A DNA stretch of 64,000 nucleotides, from NCBI GenBank assembly GCA_031411095.1, contig JANOAK010000022.1:39866-103865 (forward strand). Direction: 5' to 3'. The notes beneath the pieces were generated by a model, which saw nothing but the letters and a program-made list of their open reading frames with translations, did no database searches and was not told where the DNA came from. This document shows positions 35,110 through 45,884 of this stretch, piece after piece (the first letter of the stretch is position 1; the number at the start of each line of letters is the position of its first letter). This stretch comes from Flavobacteriales bacterium. Lineage in GTDB: Bacteria; Bacteroidota; Bacteroidia; Flavobacteriales_F; PHOS-HE28. Both the position numbers and the translations under genes were made by a program.

Positions 35110-36231
35110 ATGAACGCACCAGCAGCCACGCCCGTACTGGGCACCCTCGCCCGATTGCTGCGCAGTGAAAGCACACCCCTGCTGGCGGAGTGGCGGCAGC
35201 AGGTCAGAAAGCTCCCATCGGCCAAGCATCTCGATGTGCCGACCTTGAACGACCATATTCCAGAACTCCTGGAAGAATTGGCTGAAGCGTTCGAGGGAAT
35301 GTCCGATAAGCGGATAGAGGTGGCGCTCGGAAAGGGTACACCCCGTGATCATGGCATCCAGCGAGTGGCGGACGGGTTCGACCTGGGCGAGGTGGTGGCC
35401 GAGTACAGTATACTACGTGGATGTGTGCATGACCTGGCCGATGCGAACGGGTTGACCCTGCAAGGCCAGGCCTTCCACGTCTTGAACAAAGTGTTCGATA
35501 CGGCGATAGGTCTGGCCGTAGAGACGCATGCCGCACAACGCGCGAAGGAGGTTCAACAACGACGTGAGGAATACCTGGCCTTCCTTGCGCACGATCTGCG
35601 CACGCCCCTGAACGCCATATCCCTGGCCGCAAGCGTTCTTGATGGGGCCGGTCCATCCCTTACGAACGATGGTACCGTTCCACGCATCATGCAATTGGTG
35701 AAACGCAATGCCAGCCAGTTGGGAGCCTTGGTGAACAAGGTGCTCGAAGAGACCAACGAACTGAGCACGGATGAGGGTGTGAAGCTGGTACGCCGCAAGT
35801 TCGACCTGTGGGCGTTGGTGGGGTCAGTGATCCACGACATCAGACCGATCGCCACGGAGGAAGGCACCCGGCTCGTGAATGAGGTCCCGTATGAGATGGT
35901 CCTGCACGCGGATGCGAATTTGATGCGCCGCGTTTTCCAGAACTTGATCTCCAACGCCATCCGCTATACTCCTTCAGGCGAAGTGCGTATCGGGGCGGCA
36001 GTGAAGGACGGGGACGCGGTGGAGTGCTGGGTGCAGGACAATGGGTCCGGGATCCCCGCCCATTTGGTCGACATGGTTTTCAACAAGGGCGTGGCAGAAG
36101 CGGACCGGGCGGACGGTTCTGGACTGGGTCTCGCCATCGTCAAGACGTTTGTGGAGGTGCATGGGGGAACCGTGCACGTTGCGAACGCTGAAGGCAACGG
36201 GTGTGTATTCCGCTTCGTACTGCCGAGCTAG
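35110..36231 (+). CDS. sensor histidine kinase (cytoplasmic; HisKA + HATPase_c)
   Basis: H-box LAFLAHDLRTPLNAIS. N/G boxes NLISNAIRYT, DNGSGIP, GSGLGLAIVKTFVEVHGG. Confidence 0.85.
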   Translation: MNAPAATPVLGTLARLLRSESTPLLAEWRQQVRKLPSAKHLDVPTLNDHIPELLEELAEAFEGMSDKRIEVALGKGTPRDHGIQRVADGFDLGEVVAEYSILRGCVHDLADANGLTLQGQAFHVLNKVFDTAIGLAVETHAAQRAKEVQQRREEYLAFLAHDLRTPLNAISLAASVLDGAGPSLTNDGTVPRIMQLVKRNASQLGALVNKVLEETNELSTDEGVKLVRRKFDLWALVGSVIHDIRPIATEEGTRLVNEVPYEMVLHADANLMRRVFQNLISNAIRYTPSGEVRIGAAVKDGDAVECWVQDNGSGIPAHLVDMVFNKGVAEADRADGSGLGLAIVKTFVEVHGGTVHVANAEGNGCVFRFVLPS

Positions 36232-36269
36232 AACCGACTGCTGGATGAGCCCCCGCACCCTCGCTGAGC

Positions 36270-36389
36270 TGTGAACACCTACCGCTCTACCTCCGGCAGT
36301 CTTGTCCTGACCGAGATTTACACAACCAGACCAAAAGGCCAAAGGACCTTCCGCTTCGCGGCCTTAAGCTCAGGAGTGCCGCAGGCAAA
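36270..36389. repeat. composite repeat: family C 5' block (36270-36300) followed by family B unit (36331-36389)
   Basis: AACACCTACCGCTCTACCTCCGGCAG. Then CCAAAAGGCCAAAGGACCTTCCGCTTCGCGGCCTTAAGCTCAGGAGTGCCGCAGGCAAA. Confidence 0.6.
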
Positions 36390-36793
36390 TCCTTGGTCTA
36401 GTAGGCCTTACGCCTGTTAATCTATCCGAGCCTCAGATCCGAGGAGACCGCAGGTGCCAATAAGTCTTCTAGGCCTTACGCCTGTTGCGCGAATGGTTCA
36501 CCCGCAGTCCCGCTCAGTCCTCTTAGGAAATGTCAGGACAAGTGTAGAGTTGCGCGTGCGAGGAAGCAGGGTTCGTTGGTCAGTGGAGTCTATTGGCTTC
36601 AACCATCGAGCTTCAAGAACGTGGATCACGGGGACCAGGTTCGTCATTGAACGAAGGGCGCCGTTGACCCGCGGCCCTTTGGAATTCGGGCGTGTCTTGG
36701 ACCATTGGCAAGTGGGTATGCCGTGCGGTTCCGCAACCCAGGCAATACCAGCAAGCAACCACCGTTGCTGCCAGGTACCCATACGTACCAGGC

Positions 36794-37387
36794 ATGTTAT
36801 CCAGAAGCAAGCTGCCCCTGTTGATCTTCTCCGTTGTTTGTCTGGAACTTGCCATAAACCTATGGGCGGTCGGAATGACCCGCCACGAATTCGTCTTTGA
36901 TAAGTGTGCGCGCAATTCAGGCAGGGTCTCAGCGATCATCAACCTTGGCCTGCTGCTCATGATCGGGTATCATGGGTTCGGGAGGATCCTGGGCGACGAA
37001 GTGAAGAAGGACGCCTTTCGCGTGTTGATCACGCTTTTCACCGTCAATCACGTTATCCACTTGTCCTTCGTTCTCCTGAATTTCGATCACCATGAATTGA
37101 CCCTGAGCTGGGTTGAGCATATGCATGGTGTGCTGACCTTCGCCTGCCTGCTTGCGGTGCCGGTCGTGTTGTGGTCTGTCAAGAGGCCAAGGCCATGGTG
37201 GAACGTTCTTCTGCTGATCCACCTTTTCAACGTGAGTTATTTCATCATGAAAACGTTCTACTCAAAGATCAAACCGGACCATCCGGCTTATCACAACCAA
37301 ATGGGCATCGTTATCACCAGCGCTGCACTTGTATATGTGCTTTTCCGGACCGTGCGCGCGTATGCGCCGATAAGGAACGTGGCCTGA
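36794..37387 (+). CDS. hypothetical integral membrane protein (~5 TM helices)
   Basis: Hydrophobic segments starting at MLSRSKLPLLIFSVVCLELAINLWAV. No family recognised. Confidence 0.5.
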   Translation: MLSRSKLPLLIFSVVCLELAINLWAVGMTRHEFVFDKCARNSGRVSAIINLGLLLMIGYHGFGRILGDEVKKDAFRVLITLFTVNHVIHLSFVLLNFDHHELTLSWVEHMHGVLTFACLLAVPVVLWSVKRPRPWWNVLLLIHLFNVSYFIMKTFYSKIKPDHPAYHNQMGIVITSAALVYVLFRTVRAYAPIRNVA

Positions 37388-37427
37388 GCAATAGGAGCCA
37401 CTGGCCGCCGGACTTGCACAAGCGGCC

Positions 37428-37973
37428 ATGAATGCGCTGATCCGGCTCACCCCGTGGTGTGATGAGTGGTCCTGTTGCGATGCCAGCGGAGGCGTACGGC
37501 CATCAGGCGGAGGCGATAGCTGCCGAGGCCGATTTTGGGATGTGCTACCAACACAGGATGGCGGCTTCATCATGAGCGGTTTCGCTAACGGGCCATTCAA
37601 TGGGCCTTACCCACCAGGCTATTCCCAAGATGCCTGGGTGGTGAAAGTGGACAGTATGGGTTGCGTGGTGCCGGGGTGCGATGGAGTAGGTGTAACGGAG
37701 ATCATCACCAATTTGAACGATGCGCTCACAGTGTATCCGAATCCTGCGCATGGGCAGGTGCAGGTGGGCATTCAACTACCTCAACACTTGCTGGGCACCG
37801 ACTTGCACCTGAGCATTGTGGCGGCGGACGGTCGCTTGGTGCGACGAGAGGAATGGCCGAAGAGCAAGACCACAGGCACATTGGACATCCACGCCCTGTC
37901 TCCCGGCCCGTATACGTTGCATGTCACCGATGGCAGCAGGTGGATCACGGGAACGAAACTCATGATCGAATGA
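37428..37973 (+). pseudogene. N-terminally truncated T9SS C-terminal-domain protein fragment
   Basis: Only a CTD-like tail is recognisable (…ALTVYPNPAHGQVQV…LSPGPYTLHVTDGSRWITGTKLMIE). The N-terminal 100 aa has no enzymatic or signal features. Stop codon lies inside the first hairpin repeat. Confidence 0.4.
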
Positions 37974-38072
37974 ACCACATTTCTCCCCTCCCAGCGGCGT
38001 GGCGAGGCTTTGCGAGCCATATCGCCGCGTAACTCAGGGAGGGGTTGGGGGAGGGTTCGATACTTCTTTGTG
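37968..38072. repeat. hairpin-forming ~100-bp repeat, copy 1 (variant 1)
   Basis: GAATGAACCACATTTCTCCCCTCCC...TTGCGAGCC...GGGAGGGGTTGGGGGAGGG. Terminal inverted C-rich/G-rich arms. Confidence 0.8.
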
Positions 38073-38088
38073 GAAGACCATAGGAGCC

Positions 38089-38448
38089 ATGGGCACTTTT
38101 CATGACAAGCCTGAATTGCGCGACGTGCGCCGGGCCTTGCGCCGCGACGGTACCCCAAGTGAAGCGCTCTTGTGGCTCCGTCTTAAGAACAGACAGGTGC
38201 ATGGCCGCCGGTTCAGACGGCAGCACGGCATCGGCCCATTCGTGGTCGACTTCTATTGCCCTTTGGAGCGGTTGGCCATTGAGCTTGATGGGAGTGTGCA
38301 CAACAACGCCATAGCCTCAGCGAATGACCAAGCTCGCCAGGCGTGGCTGTATGCGCAAGGCATCCGGGTGATACGGTTCGATAACCAGGCCATCCTTGAC
38401 GACATGGAAGGAGTGGTCGATGCGATCGCCAATGCATTCAGGAAATGA
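38089..38448 (+). CDS. DUF559 (Vsr/restriction-endonuclease-like fold) domain protein
   Basis: LRLKNRQVHGRRFRRQHGIGPFVVDFYCPLERLAIELDGSVHNN...RQAWLYAQGIRVIRFDNQAI is the DUF559 signature. Start taken at MGTFHDK. Flanked by hairpin repeats on both sides. Confidence 0.75.
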   Translation: MGTFHDKPELRDVRRALRRDGTPSEALLWLRLKNRQVHGRRFRRQHGIGPFVVDFYCPLERLAIELDGSVHNNAIASANDQARQAWLYAQGIRVIRFDNQAILDDMEGVVDAIANAFRK

Positions 38449-38455
38449 AGATGGA

Positions 38456-38742
38456 GAAGATGAACCCTCCCCCGGCCCCTCCCTGTGTATTGCGAGCCGC
38501 TGTGGCGGCATCGCGGGAGGGGAGAATTGCACGAAACTCACGGCAGAATGAACCACATTTCTCCCCCGGCCCCTCCCTGTGTTTTGCGAGCCGCTGTGGC
38601 GGCATCGCGGGAGGGGAGAACTGCACCAAACTCATGACCGAATGAACCCACATTTCTCCCCTCCCAGCGGCGTGGCGAGGCTTTGCGAGCCATATCGCCG
38701 CGTACCACAGGGAGGGGCTGGGGGAGGGTTCGATATTTCTGT
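38456..38742. repeat. three tandem hairpin-forming ~95-bp repeats (variants 2, 2, 1)
   Basis: Units at ~38456-38545 and 38546-38639 (…CCCTCCCCCGGCCCCTCCCTGTGT(A/T)TTGCGAGCCGCTGTGGCGGCATCGCGGGAGGGGAGAA…). Unit 38640-38742 is identical in type to copy 1. Confidence 0.8.
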
Positions 38743-38968
38743 GGATCAAGCGTCCTTCATTCACACAAGTTGACCACACCAAGAGCGCAAAGAAATGGCC
38801 GGAGGCCCGGTGCATCACCGCACGCGGGAAACACCCGGATCTGTCTGGCGCTAGGCAGGCACGGGCGTGATGGAGGCGTGATGAGTGGTCAAGCCGGAAC
38901 ACCAGCGGTCAACCGTCTTCGAGCGACGGCAATAGCTTTGCCCGCATCAATTGATCATCCCACCGCCC

Positions 38969-39769
38969 ATGGAACGCACATCGCACGAACTGGACCACCG
39001 CATTGTAGGCGACGACATGCAATGCGTGGAGATCACGCTGGACCCGCAGGAGACCGTGCTGGCCGAGGCCGGTGCGTTCATGATGATGGACGAAGGCATT
39101 GAGATGAAGACCATCTTCGGCGATGGCAACGGGCAGGAGCAGGGTTTCCTGAGCAAGCTGATGGGCGCGGGCAAGCGGGTGCTCACGGGGGAGAGCCTGT
39201 TCATGACCACCTACACCAACGTCACCAGCGAGCGACGCACGGTATGGTTCGCCGCGGCCTATCCGGGCAAGATCATTCCGCTGGACCTGCGCGACTACGG
39301 TCAGCGCCTGATCTGCCAGAAGGACTCGTTCCTGTGCGCGGCCAAGGGCGTGAGCATCGGTATCGCGTTCCAGAAGAAGCTGGGTGCGGGCCTCTTCGGT
39401 GGCGAAGGCTTCATCATGCAGAAGTTGGAAGGCGACGGCCAGGTATACGTGCATGCGGGGGGCACCACGGTACAGAAGGACCTGAAGCCGGGCGAGGTGC
39501 TGCGCGTGGATACCGGCTGCCTGGTGGCCATGACCAGCACGGTGGATTACGACATCCAGTTCGTGGGCGGCATCAAGAACACGCTGTTCGGTGGCGAAGG
39601 CCTCTTCTTCGTAACGCTACGCGGCCCGGGCCATGTGTGGTTGCAGTCGCTGCCCTTCAGCCGACTGGCGAACAACATCGTAGCTGCTGCCCCGCGCTCC
39701 GGAGGTGGCCGTCGCGAGGAAGGTTCGTTGCTCGGTGGCCTCGGCGGCTTGCTCGACGGCGACAATTGA
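38969..39769 (+). CDS. AIM24-family (TIGR00266/DUF124) protein
   Basis: N-terminal …HELDHRIVGDDMQCVEITLDPQETV… and glycine-rich beta-strand repeats (GGEGFIMQKLEGDGQVYVHAGG…FGGEGLFFVTLRGPGHVWLQS) typical of AIM24. Confidence 0.75.
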   Translation: MERTSHELDHRIVGDDMQCVEITLDPQETVLAEAGAFMMMDEGIEMKTIFGDGNGQEQGFLSKLMGAGKRVLTGESLFMTTYTNVTSERRTVWFAAAYPGKIIPLDLRDYGQRLICQKDSFLCAAKGVSIGIAFQKKLGAGLFGGEGFIMQKLEGDGQVYVHAGGTTVQKDLKPGEVLRVDTGCLVAMTSTVDYDIQFVGGIKNTLFGGEGLFFVTLRGPGHVWLQSLPFSRLANNIVAAAPRSGGGRREEGSLLGGLGGLLDGDN

Positions 39770-39775
39770 TTTCCG

Positions 39776-39846
39776 AAATCAGGAATCAGGGATCAGGAAT
39801 CCTAAATCAGGAATCAGGAATCAGGAATTCGCAATCAGGAATTCGC
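39776..39846. repeat. heptanucleotide microsatellite (AATCAGG)n, ~10 units with variants
   Basis: AAATCAGG AATCAGG GATCAGG AATCCTA AATCAGG AATCAGG AATCAGG AATTCGC AATCAGG AATTCGC. Overlaps the last 4 codons of the holin-like gene. Confidence 0.85.
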
Positions 39847-40197
39847 TGACTTCTCCCCACCATCCAGTGCCAGGAGGAAGCTCTGCACGACCCACTGCAC
39901 CACGCTGAAGGCGAGCGCCCACCAGAAGCTGGCCACGATGAACCCGGGGACCAAGCGGGCGGCGAGCATCACCATGCCGGCGTTGATCACCAGGATGAAG
40001 AGGCCCAGCGTTACGAGCGTGACCGGCAGTGTGAGCAGGATGATGAGCGGGCGGACAAATGTGTTCAGCAACCCGAGCACAATGGCCACGATCAAGCCGG
40101 TCTGCCATGTGTCCGCGCTTACGCCACGGAGCAACTGATCGGCCACCAGCACGGCAATGGTCGAGAGGATGAGGCGGATGATGATCTTCATGCGCAC
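39835..40197 (-). CDS. DUF360/phage-holin-4-like small membrane protein (YvlD-like)
   Basis: 120 aa, 4 TM helices. Motif LLTLPVTLVTLGLFILVINAGMVMLAARL. Confidence 0.65.
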   Translation of the reverse strand: MRMKIIIRLILSTIAVLVADQLLRGVSADTWQTGLIVAIVLGLLNTFVRPLIILLTLPVTLVTLGLFILVINAGMVMLAARLVPGFIVASFWWALAFSVVQWVVQSFLLALDGGEKSANS

Positions 40198-40224
40198 AAA
40201 GGAACGACGGCGCTCCCAATGACG

Positions 40225-40330
40225 GACCTGCGGCCTGCCTCCTGCCTATTGCCTCCCGACTTCGCCGGGACCTTCGGCCTGCCTACTGCCTACTGCGCCT
40301 GCCCCTGCCAACTGCCAACTGCCCCTGCGC
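40225..40330. repeat. C/T-rich heptamer-like microsatellite (CCTGCCT/ACTGCCT/CTGCCAA)n upstream of the holin-like gene
   Basis: CCTGCCTCCTGCCTATTGCCTCC...CCTGCCTACTGCCTACTGCGCCTGCCCCTGCCAACTGCCAACTGCCCCTGCGCC. Seen directly. Confidence 0.6.
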
Positions 40331-40339
40331 CTGATCCAC

Positions 40340-42028
40340 CTACTGCTTCACCATCTTCCTCGCCAGGGCCTTGCCGTTCTGGGTGATCACCAGGAAGTAG
40401 GTACCGCTTGCGCGTTCGCTCATGTCGAGCACACGCTCGTAGTTGCCCTTGAAGCCGGTGATCGTTTCGTGGTAGATGCGGTCGCCGTTGGTATCGTGCA
40501 CATCCACGTCCAGATCGCCGCGTTCGGGTACATGAAAGGCGATGTTGAACGAGCCACCGCTGGGGTTGGGGTAGAGGCGGATGCCGGAAAGGTCCAGGGC
40601 CTTGTTGAGGGCGGTAACGCCTTTGTTCTTCAGCAATTCGGTCTCTTCCTTGTTCAGTTGTACGTCCTCGATGGTCACGCGCATTTCCCGTGTTACCTCA
40701 CCGCGCAGATCGTCGCGCAGGCGGTTCATCTCCTCGCGCAGCTCGTCCAGTTCGCGGCGTTGCTGTGCGCGGTCACGGGCCTGTTCGGCCATTTCGCGCT
40801 CCCGTTCGGCCAGGTCGCGTTGGTATTCCTCCTTGTCCCGCTCATATTCCATGCGATCCTCAGGGCTCATGTCCTTGGTGTCCAACTCGGGCATGGGCGG
40901 CATCGGCGGCATCGGTGGCATCGGCGGCATGGGTGGCATCAACGGCATATCGGGCATGTCCGGCATGGGGGGCATGTTCGGCAGCAGACCGTTCCGCATG
41001 CGCGCACCGCCTGGCTGCCTGCCGAGTTTTCCGTTCAGTGTGGTCTCCTTTCCGTTCCGCTGGATCGTCACTTCCACTTCATCACCCGGATCCTGAGCGC
41101 GAACTTCGTCGGAAAGTGTTCCGAAGTCGGCGATCGGTGTGCCGTTCAATCGGCGGATCACATCACCTTCGGCAAGGCCCATCTTCTGTGCGGCGCTGTT
41201 CTCCACCACGTTGGTGATGCGAACACCCTGGCCATCCTCCAGATCCTCGCCATCCACGCCGAGGAAAGCGCGATCGGCATTGGCTTGGGCGAAGGCATCG
41301 GCCCAGGCCTCCATGGCCCGCTCGTATTCTGCACCCACCGCATGCCAGTCCATTTCATCGGGGCCGTTTTCCTCGTCCTCCCGTTCGCCGAGGGTCACGT
41401 CCACGGTGCGTTTGTCCTTGCCGCGGTAGTAGGTGATCTTCACCTGATCGCCGGGGGCGCGCGTATTGATGGCGTCCACCAGCGCATCGCCGCTGGTGAT
41501 CGGGGTGCCATCGAAGTCCACGATCACATCACCCGGTTGGAATCCTGCTTTCTCTGCCGGTGTGCCCTCATCAACCCCCGTGACCGCGGCACCCTCCTTC
41601 ACAGGCGGCTCTTTCTTGCGGGCCTGTTTGTCCGTGCTAGCGTTCCACGTGCCGTAGAACACACCGAGGTAAGGCCGGGGCTCATCGGGCGCATCCTGCC
41701 TATCGGCCATGCTGAGGGCCATGCTCATGTCGTTCAGCAGGCCGCCACTGCGCATGCGCTTCAGGTCGATGGTGAGGTTCTCGCCATCGCTGATGCGGTT
41801 CATCTCATCCAACACACCCAGCTCGCGCAAAGCATCCTGCAACTGCTGCGCATCGTTCAGGTCGAACTCGCGCGTCACCTGGCTCTGCTTTCCGTTCTCG
41901 TTACGGAGGACCTCGATGCGCACACGGCGCTGATCGGTCTCTTCAGCTTCCTGCTGAGCGGCGAGAGGCACGCCCATGGAAAGTGCGAGCAGGCTGGCGA
42001 TGCCGTGGAGGTGGAGGGGTGTTTTCAT
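40340..42028 (-). CDS. secreted tandem-PDZ protein with (PMP)n linker, coiled coil and T9SS C-terminal sorting domain
   Basis: Signal peptide. Two PDZ-like segments (GVFYGTW...GDVIVDFDG; ITNVVENSAAQKMGLAEGDVIRRLNG). PDMPDMPLMPPMPPMPPMPPMPPMP linker. CTD ...LYPNPSGGSFNIAF...GTYFLVITQNGKALARKMVKQ. Confidence 0.8.
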   Translation of the reverse strand: MKTPLHLHGIASLLALSMGVPLAAQQEAEETDQRRVRIEVLRNENGKQSQVTREFDLNDAQQLQDALRELGVLDEMNRISDGENLTIDLKRMRSGGLLNDMSMALSMADRQDAPDEPRPYLGVFYGTWNASTDKQARKKEPPVKEGAAVTGVDEGTPAEKAGFQPGDVIVDFDGTPITSGDALVDAINTRAPGDQVKITYYRGKDKRTVDVTLGEREDEENGPDEMDWHAVGAEYERAMEAWADAFAQANADRAFLGVDGEDLEDGQGVRITNVVENSAAQKMGLAEGDVIRRLNGTPIADFGTLSDEVRAQDPGDEVEVTIQRNGKETTLNGKLGRQPGGARMRNGLLPNMPPMPDMPDMPLMPPMPPMPPMPPMPPMPELDTKDMSPEDRMEYERDKEEYQRDLAEREREMAEQARDRAQQRRELDELREEMNRLRDDLRGEVTREMRVTIEDVQLNKEETELLKNKGVTALNKALDLSGIRLYPNPSGGSFNIAFHVPERGDLDVDVHDTNGDRIYHETITGFKGNYERVLDMSERASGTYFLVITQNGKALARKMVKQ

Positions 42029-42131
42029 GACCGGTGATCTGAAGGGCGGATGAACTCCCGGCCCTGCAGGAGCGAAACTAGCCCAGGTCCATGTGGGCGT
42101 GCTGTTAACGAAGGTTAGATCGCGTTAAGGT

Positions 42132-42518
42132 TCACTCCGGCCTGAACCGCTCGATATCCCGCCTATCCTTTTTCGAAGGCCGCCCGGTGCCCACCTCGCG
42201 ATCCTCGGAACGCACCTTGCGCGCGAGCTCCTGCTTTTCCAGATCCTCCCACGGCGTGCGATCGGCAATGAGGGTTTCCACCAGCTTCGCTCCCACGCGC
42301 GACGGCGGAATGGCGAGCACTTCGTACACGCGCCAGATCGGCGGCTGCCGCACGGAGAAGAGGTCGCCGGGTTTCACCGTGGCGCTCGCTTTCACCTCAT
42401 GGGCGCCCTGCGCGGAAGTGGGATCGCCGAGGCGCACGCGGCCCCTGGCGCATTCTTCGGTGGCCAGGCTGCGCGACCTGCACAGCCGCACGCACCAGAG
42501 GAATTTATCGATCCGCAT
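42132..42518 (-). CDS. S4-domain RNA-binding protein (ribosome-associated heat-shock protein Hsp15-like)
   Basis: MRIDKFLWCVRLCRSRSLATEECARGRVRLGD... matches the HslR/Hsp15 N-terminus. Confidence 0.75.
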   Translation of the reverse strand: MRIDKFLWCVRLCRSRSLATEECARGRVRLGDPTSAQGAHEVKASATVKPGDLFSVRQPPIWRVYEVLAIPPSRVGAKLVETLIADRTPWEDLEKQELARKVRSEDREVGTGRPSKKDRRDIERFRPE

Positions 42519-42564
42519 GAACGGCCGAACGGCGGCCTGTGGAAGGACGCCGTTCGTTGTTTAG

Positions 42565-42638
42565 TGAGCCCGGAGGGATTCGAACCCCCAACCAACAGAA
42601 CCGGAATCTGTCATTCTATCCAATTGAACTACGGGCCC
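42565..42638 (-). tRNA. tRNA-Arg (anticodon CCG)
   Basis: Reverse complement folds as acceptor GGGCCCG / CGGGCUC (one G-U), D-arm, anticodon arm ACAGA-UUCCGGU-UCUGU (CCG), T-arm with UUCGAAU loop. No encoded CCA. Confidence 0.85.
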
Positions 42639-42862
42639 GGAAGTGAAGAACGGGCGCGAAGATAGCCAGCTGACGCTGTAGGAGCGTTGGCGCCCGATGG
42701 CAAGGTCCACATCAGGCACCGGGCATCACCACGTGCGACCGTGTGCAACGGTGCGTGCTCCGAGAGAAGCGGATGCGGCGACCGGCCGGGTGGCCCGGTC
42801 GGTCCTTGCTTGGAATAGCATACCTTCGCGGACTTTTTCAAGGATAGCCTAAGGGACCCCCC

Positions 42863-44683
<1,821 letters not shown>

Positions 44684-44707
44684 GCTTCATCAACATGATG
44701 AATTGAA

Positions 44708-44739
44708 CAGGGCGCGGATTCCGCGCCCTGTTTGTTTTT
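44708..44739. terminator. rho-independent terminator CAGGGCGCGG-att-CCGCGCCCTG + TTTGTTTTT (bidirectional position)
   Basis: Seen directly between convergent typA and the ThuA-like gene. Confidence 0.7.
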
Positions 44740-44780
44740 AGCGGTACGTACACCTGCCCCGTTGGGTACCGGCAGGTATT

Positions 44781-45788
44781 TCAACGGTGCAACACCACGC
44801 GCACGTTCCCCAGGATCGTCCTGATCAGATAAAACCCGTTCGCACACCTGTGAACATCGAGGCGGGTAAGGGAGCTTTGCGCAACGCCCTGCCAGAGCAC
44901 CACGCCTTGCAGATCGTACAACTGCACCGGGGTGCCTGATAGCAGGCCCCCATGTTCGAGCAGCAACGCATCTCCGATCGGATCGACGTGTACGCGGAAG
45001 GGAGGGATGCTGGTGTCCTCCACCTCGGTGTCCAAATGGAGCGACCATAGGAGCGCATCACGCAGGTGCGTTCGGAAGAGCGTATCGCTCTCGTAATTGC
45101 TGCCGGCATGGCCCAACGCGGTGTAGAAGAGCCTTCCGCCTTCAGGCAGTTCGCGGTACCAGCTCATCGGCCGGGAGGCATCATAGCTGTTCACTTGTCC
45201 GTTCGGTCCCACCGTCGCTTCCACCTGCAGCACCGGCACATTGTCAGGACGGTAGTAGCCACCTTCCCAGTAGTAGTACTCATCGTTCTTGCTCCAGGGG
45301 TCGGGGAGATCGGCGGTGCTCGCATGTGTGCCGATGTGTGACATGTCGTAGAGCGGCGTACCGTCCACATGGTTCGGCGACTGTTGCACACTGGCCCCGA
45401 TCAGCTCCGCGTAAAAGTCCCAGGCGCCCGTGTTGATGCCGTTCGCCGAACTGTGGCGGTAGGTGTCGCTGGCGGCGTGTATGCCCAGCACGCTGCCGCC
45501 GCCTGCGATGTACGCTTCGAAGTTGGACCGTTGCGCGGCGTTGAGCAGTGCATCGCCGCTGGTGTTGCTGAACACGATCACCGCGTACTGCTGAAGTGTG
45601 GAGAGCGAACTGAAGGCTGACCCGTCGTTGTCATTCGTCACCGCTATGCCCGCCTCGGCAGCGATGGCCTGGAACATGGCGAGCGAAACATCGCGCGTGC
45701 CGTGGTCGTACCCGCTGGTCGCCGTGTAGTGCAGGATGTTCTGACCAAAGGCCGGGACACCCAACAACAGGAACAGGAGGCTCCGCAT
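44781..45788 (-). CDS. ThuA-like (trehalose-utilisation/GATase1-like) domain protein with T9SS C-terminal sorting domain
   Basis: Signal peptide MRSLLFLLLGVPAFGQ. ThuA-like core (…FYTALGH…). CTD-like tail. Confidence 0.6.
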   Translation of the reverse strand: MRSLLFLLLGVPAFGQNILHYTATSGYDHGTRDVSLAMFQAIAAEAGIAVTNDNDGSAFSSLSTLQQYAVIVFSNTSGDALLNAAQRSNFEAYIAGGGSVLGIHAASDTYRHSSANGINTGAWDFYAELIGASVQQSPNHVDGTPLYDMSHIGTHASTADLPDPWSKNDEYYYWEGGYYRPDNVPVLQVEATVGPNGQVNSYDASRPMSWYRELPEGGRLFYTALGHAGSNYESDTLFRTHLRDALLWSLHLDTEVEDTSIPPFRVHVDPIGDALLLEHGGLLSGTPVQLYDLQGVVLWQGVAQSSLTRLDVHRCANGFYLIRTILGNVRVVLHR

Positions 45789-45884
45789 GAACTGAAAGGT
45801 AGCACCGGATCGAACTTTTTATGAAGGCATGTGTACGGAAGGCCCGGATCGCATCATGCATCCGAACACCCAACACGAAAGACC

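Noticed and set aside
40469-42037. 522-aa plus-strand ORF
   Set aside because: Antisense to the PDZ/T9SS protein gene. The real gene has signal peptide, PDZ and CTD motifs on the minus strand.
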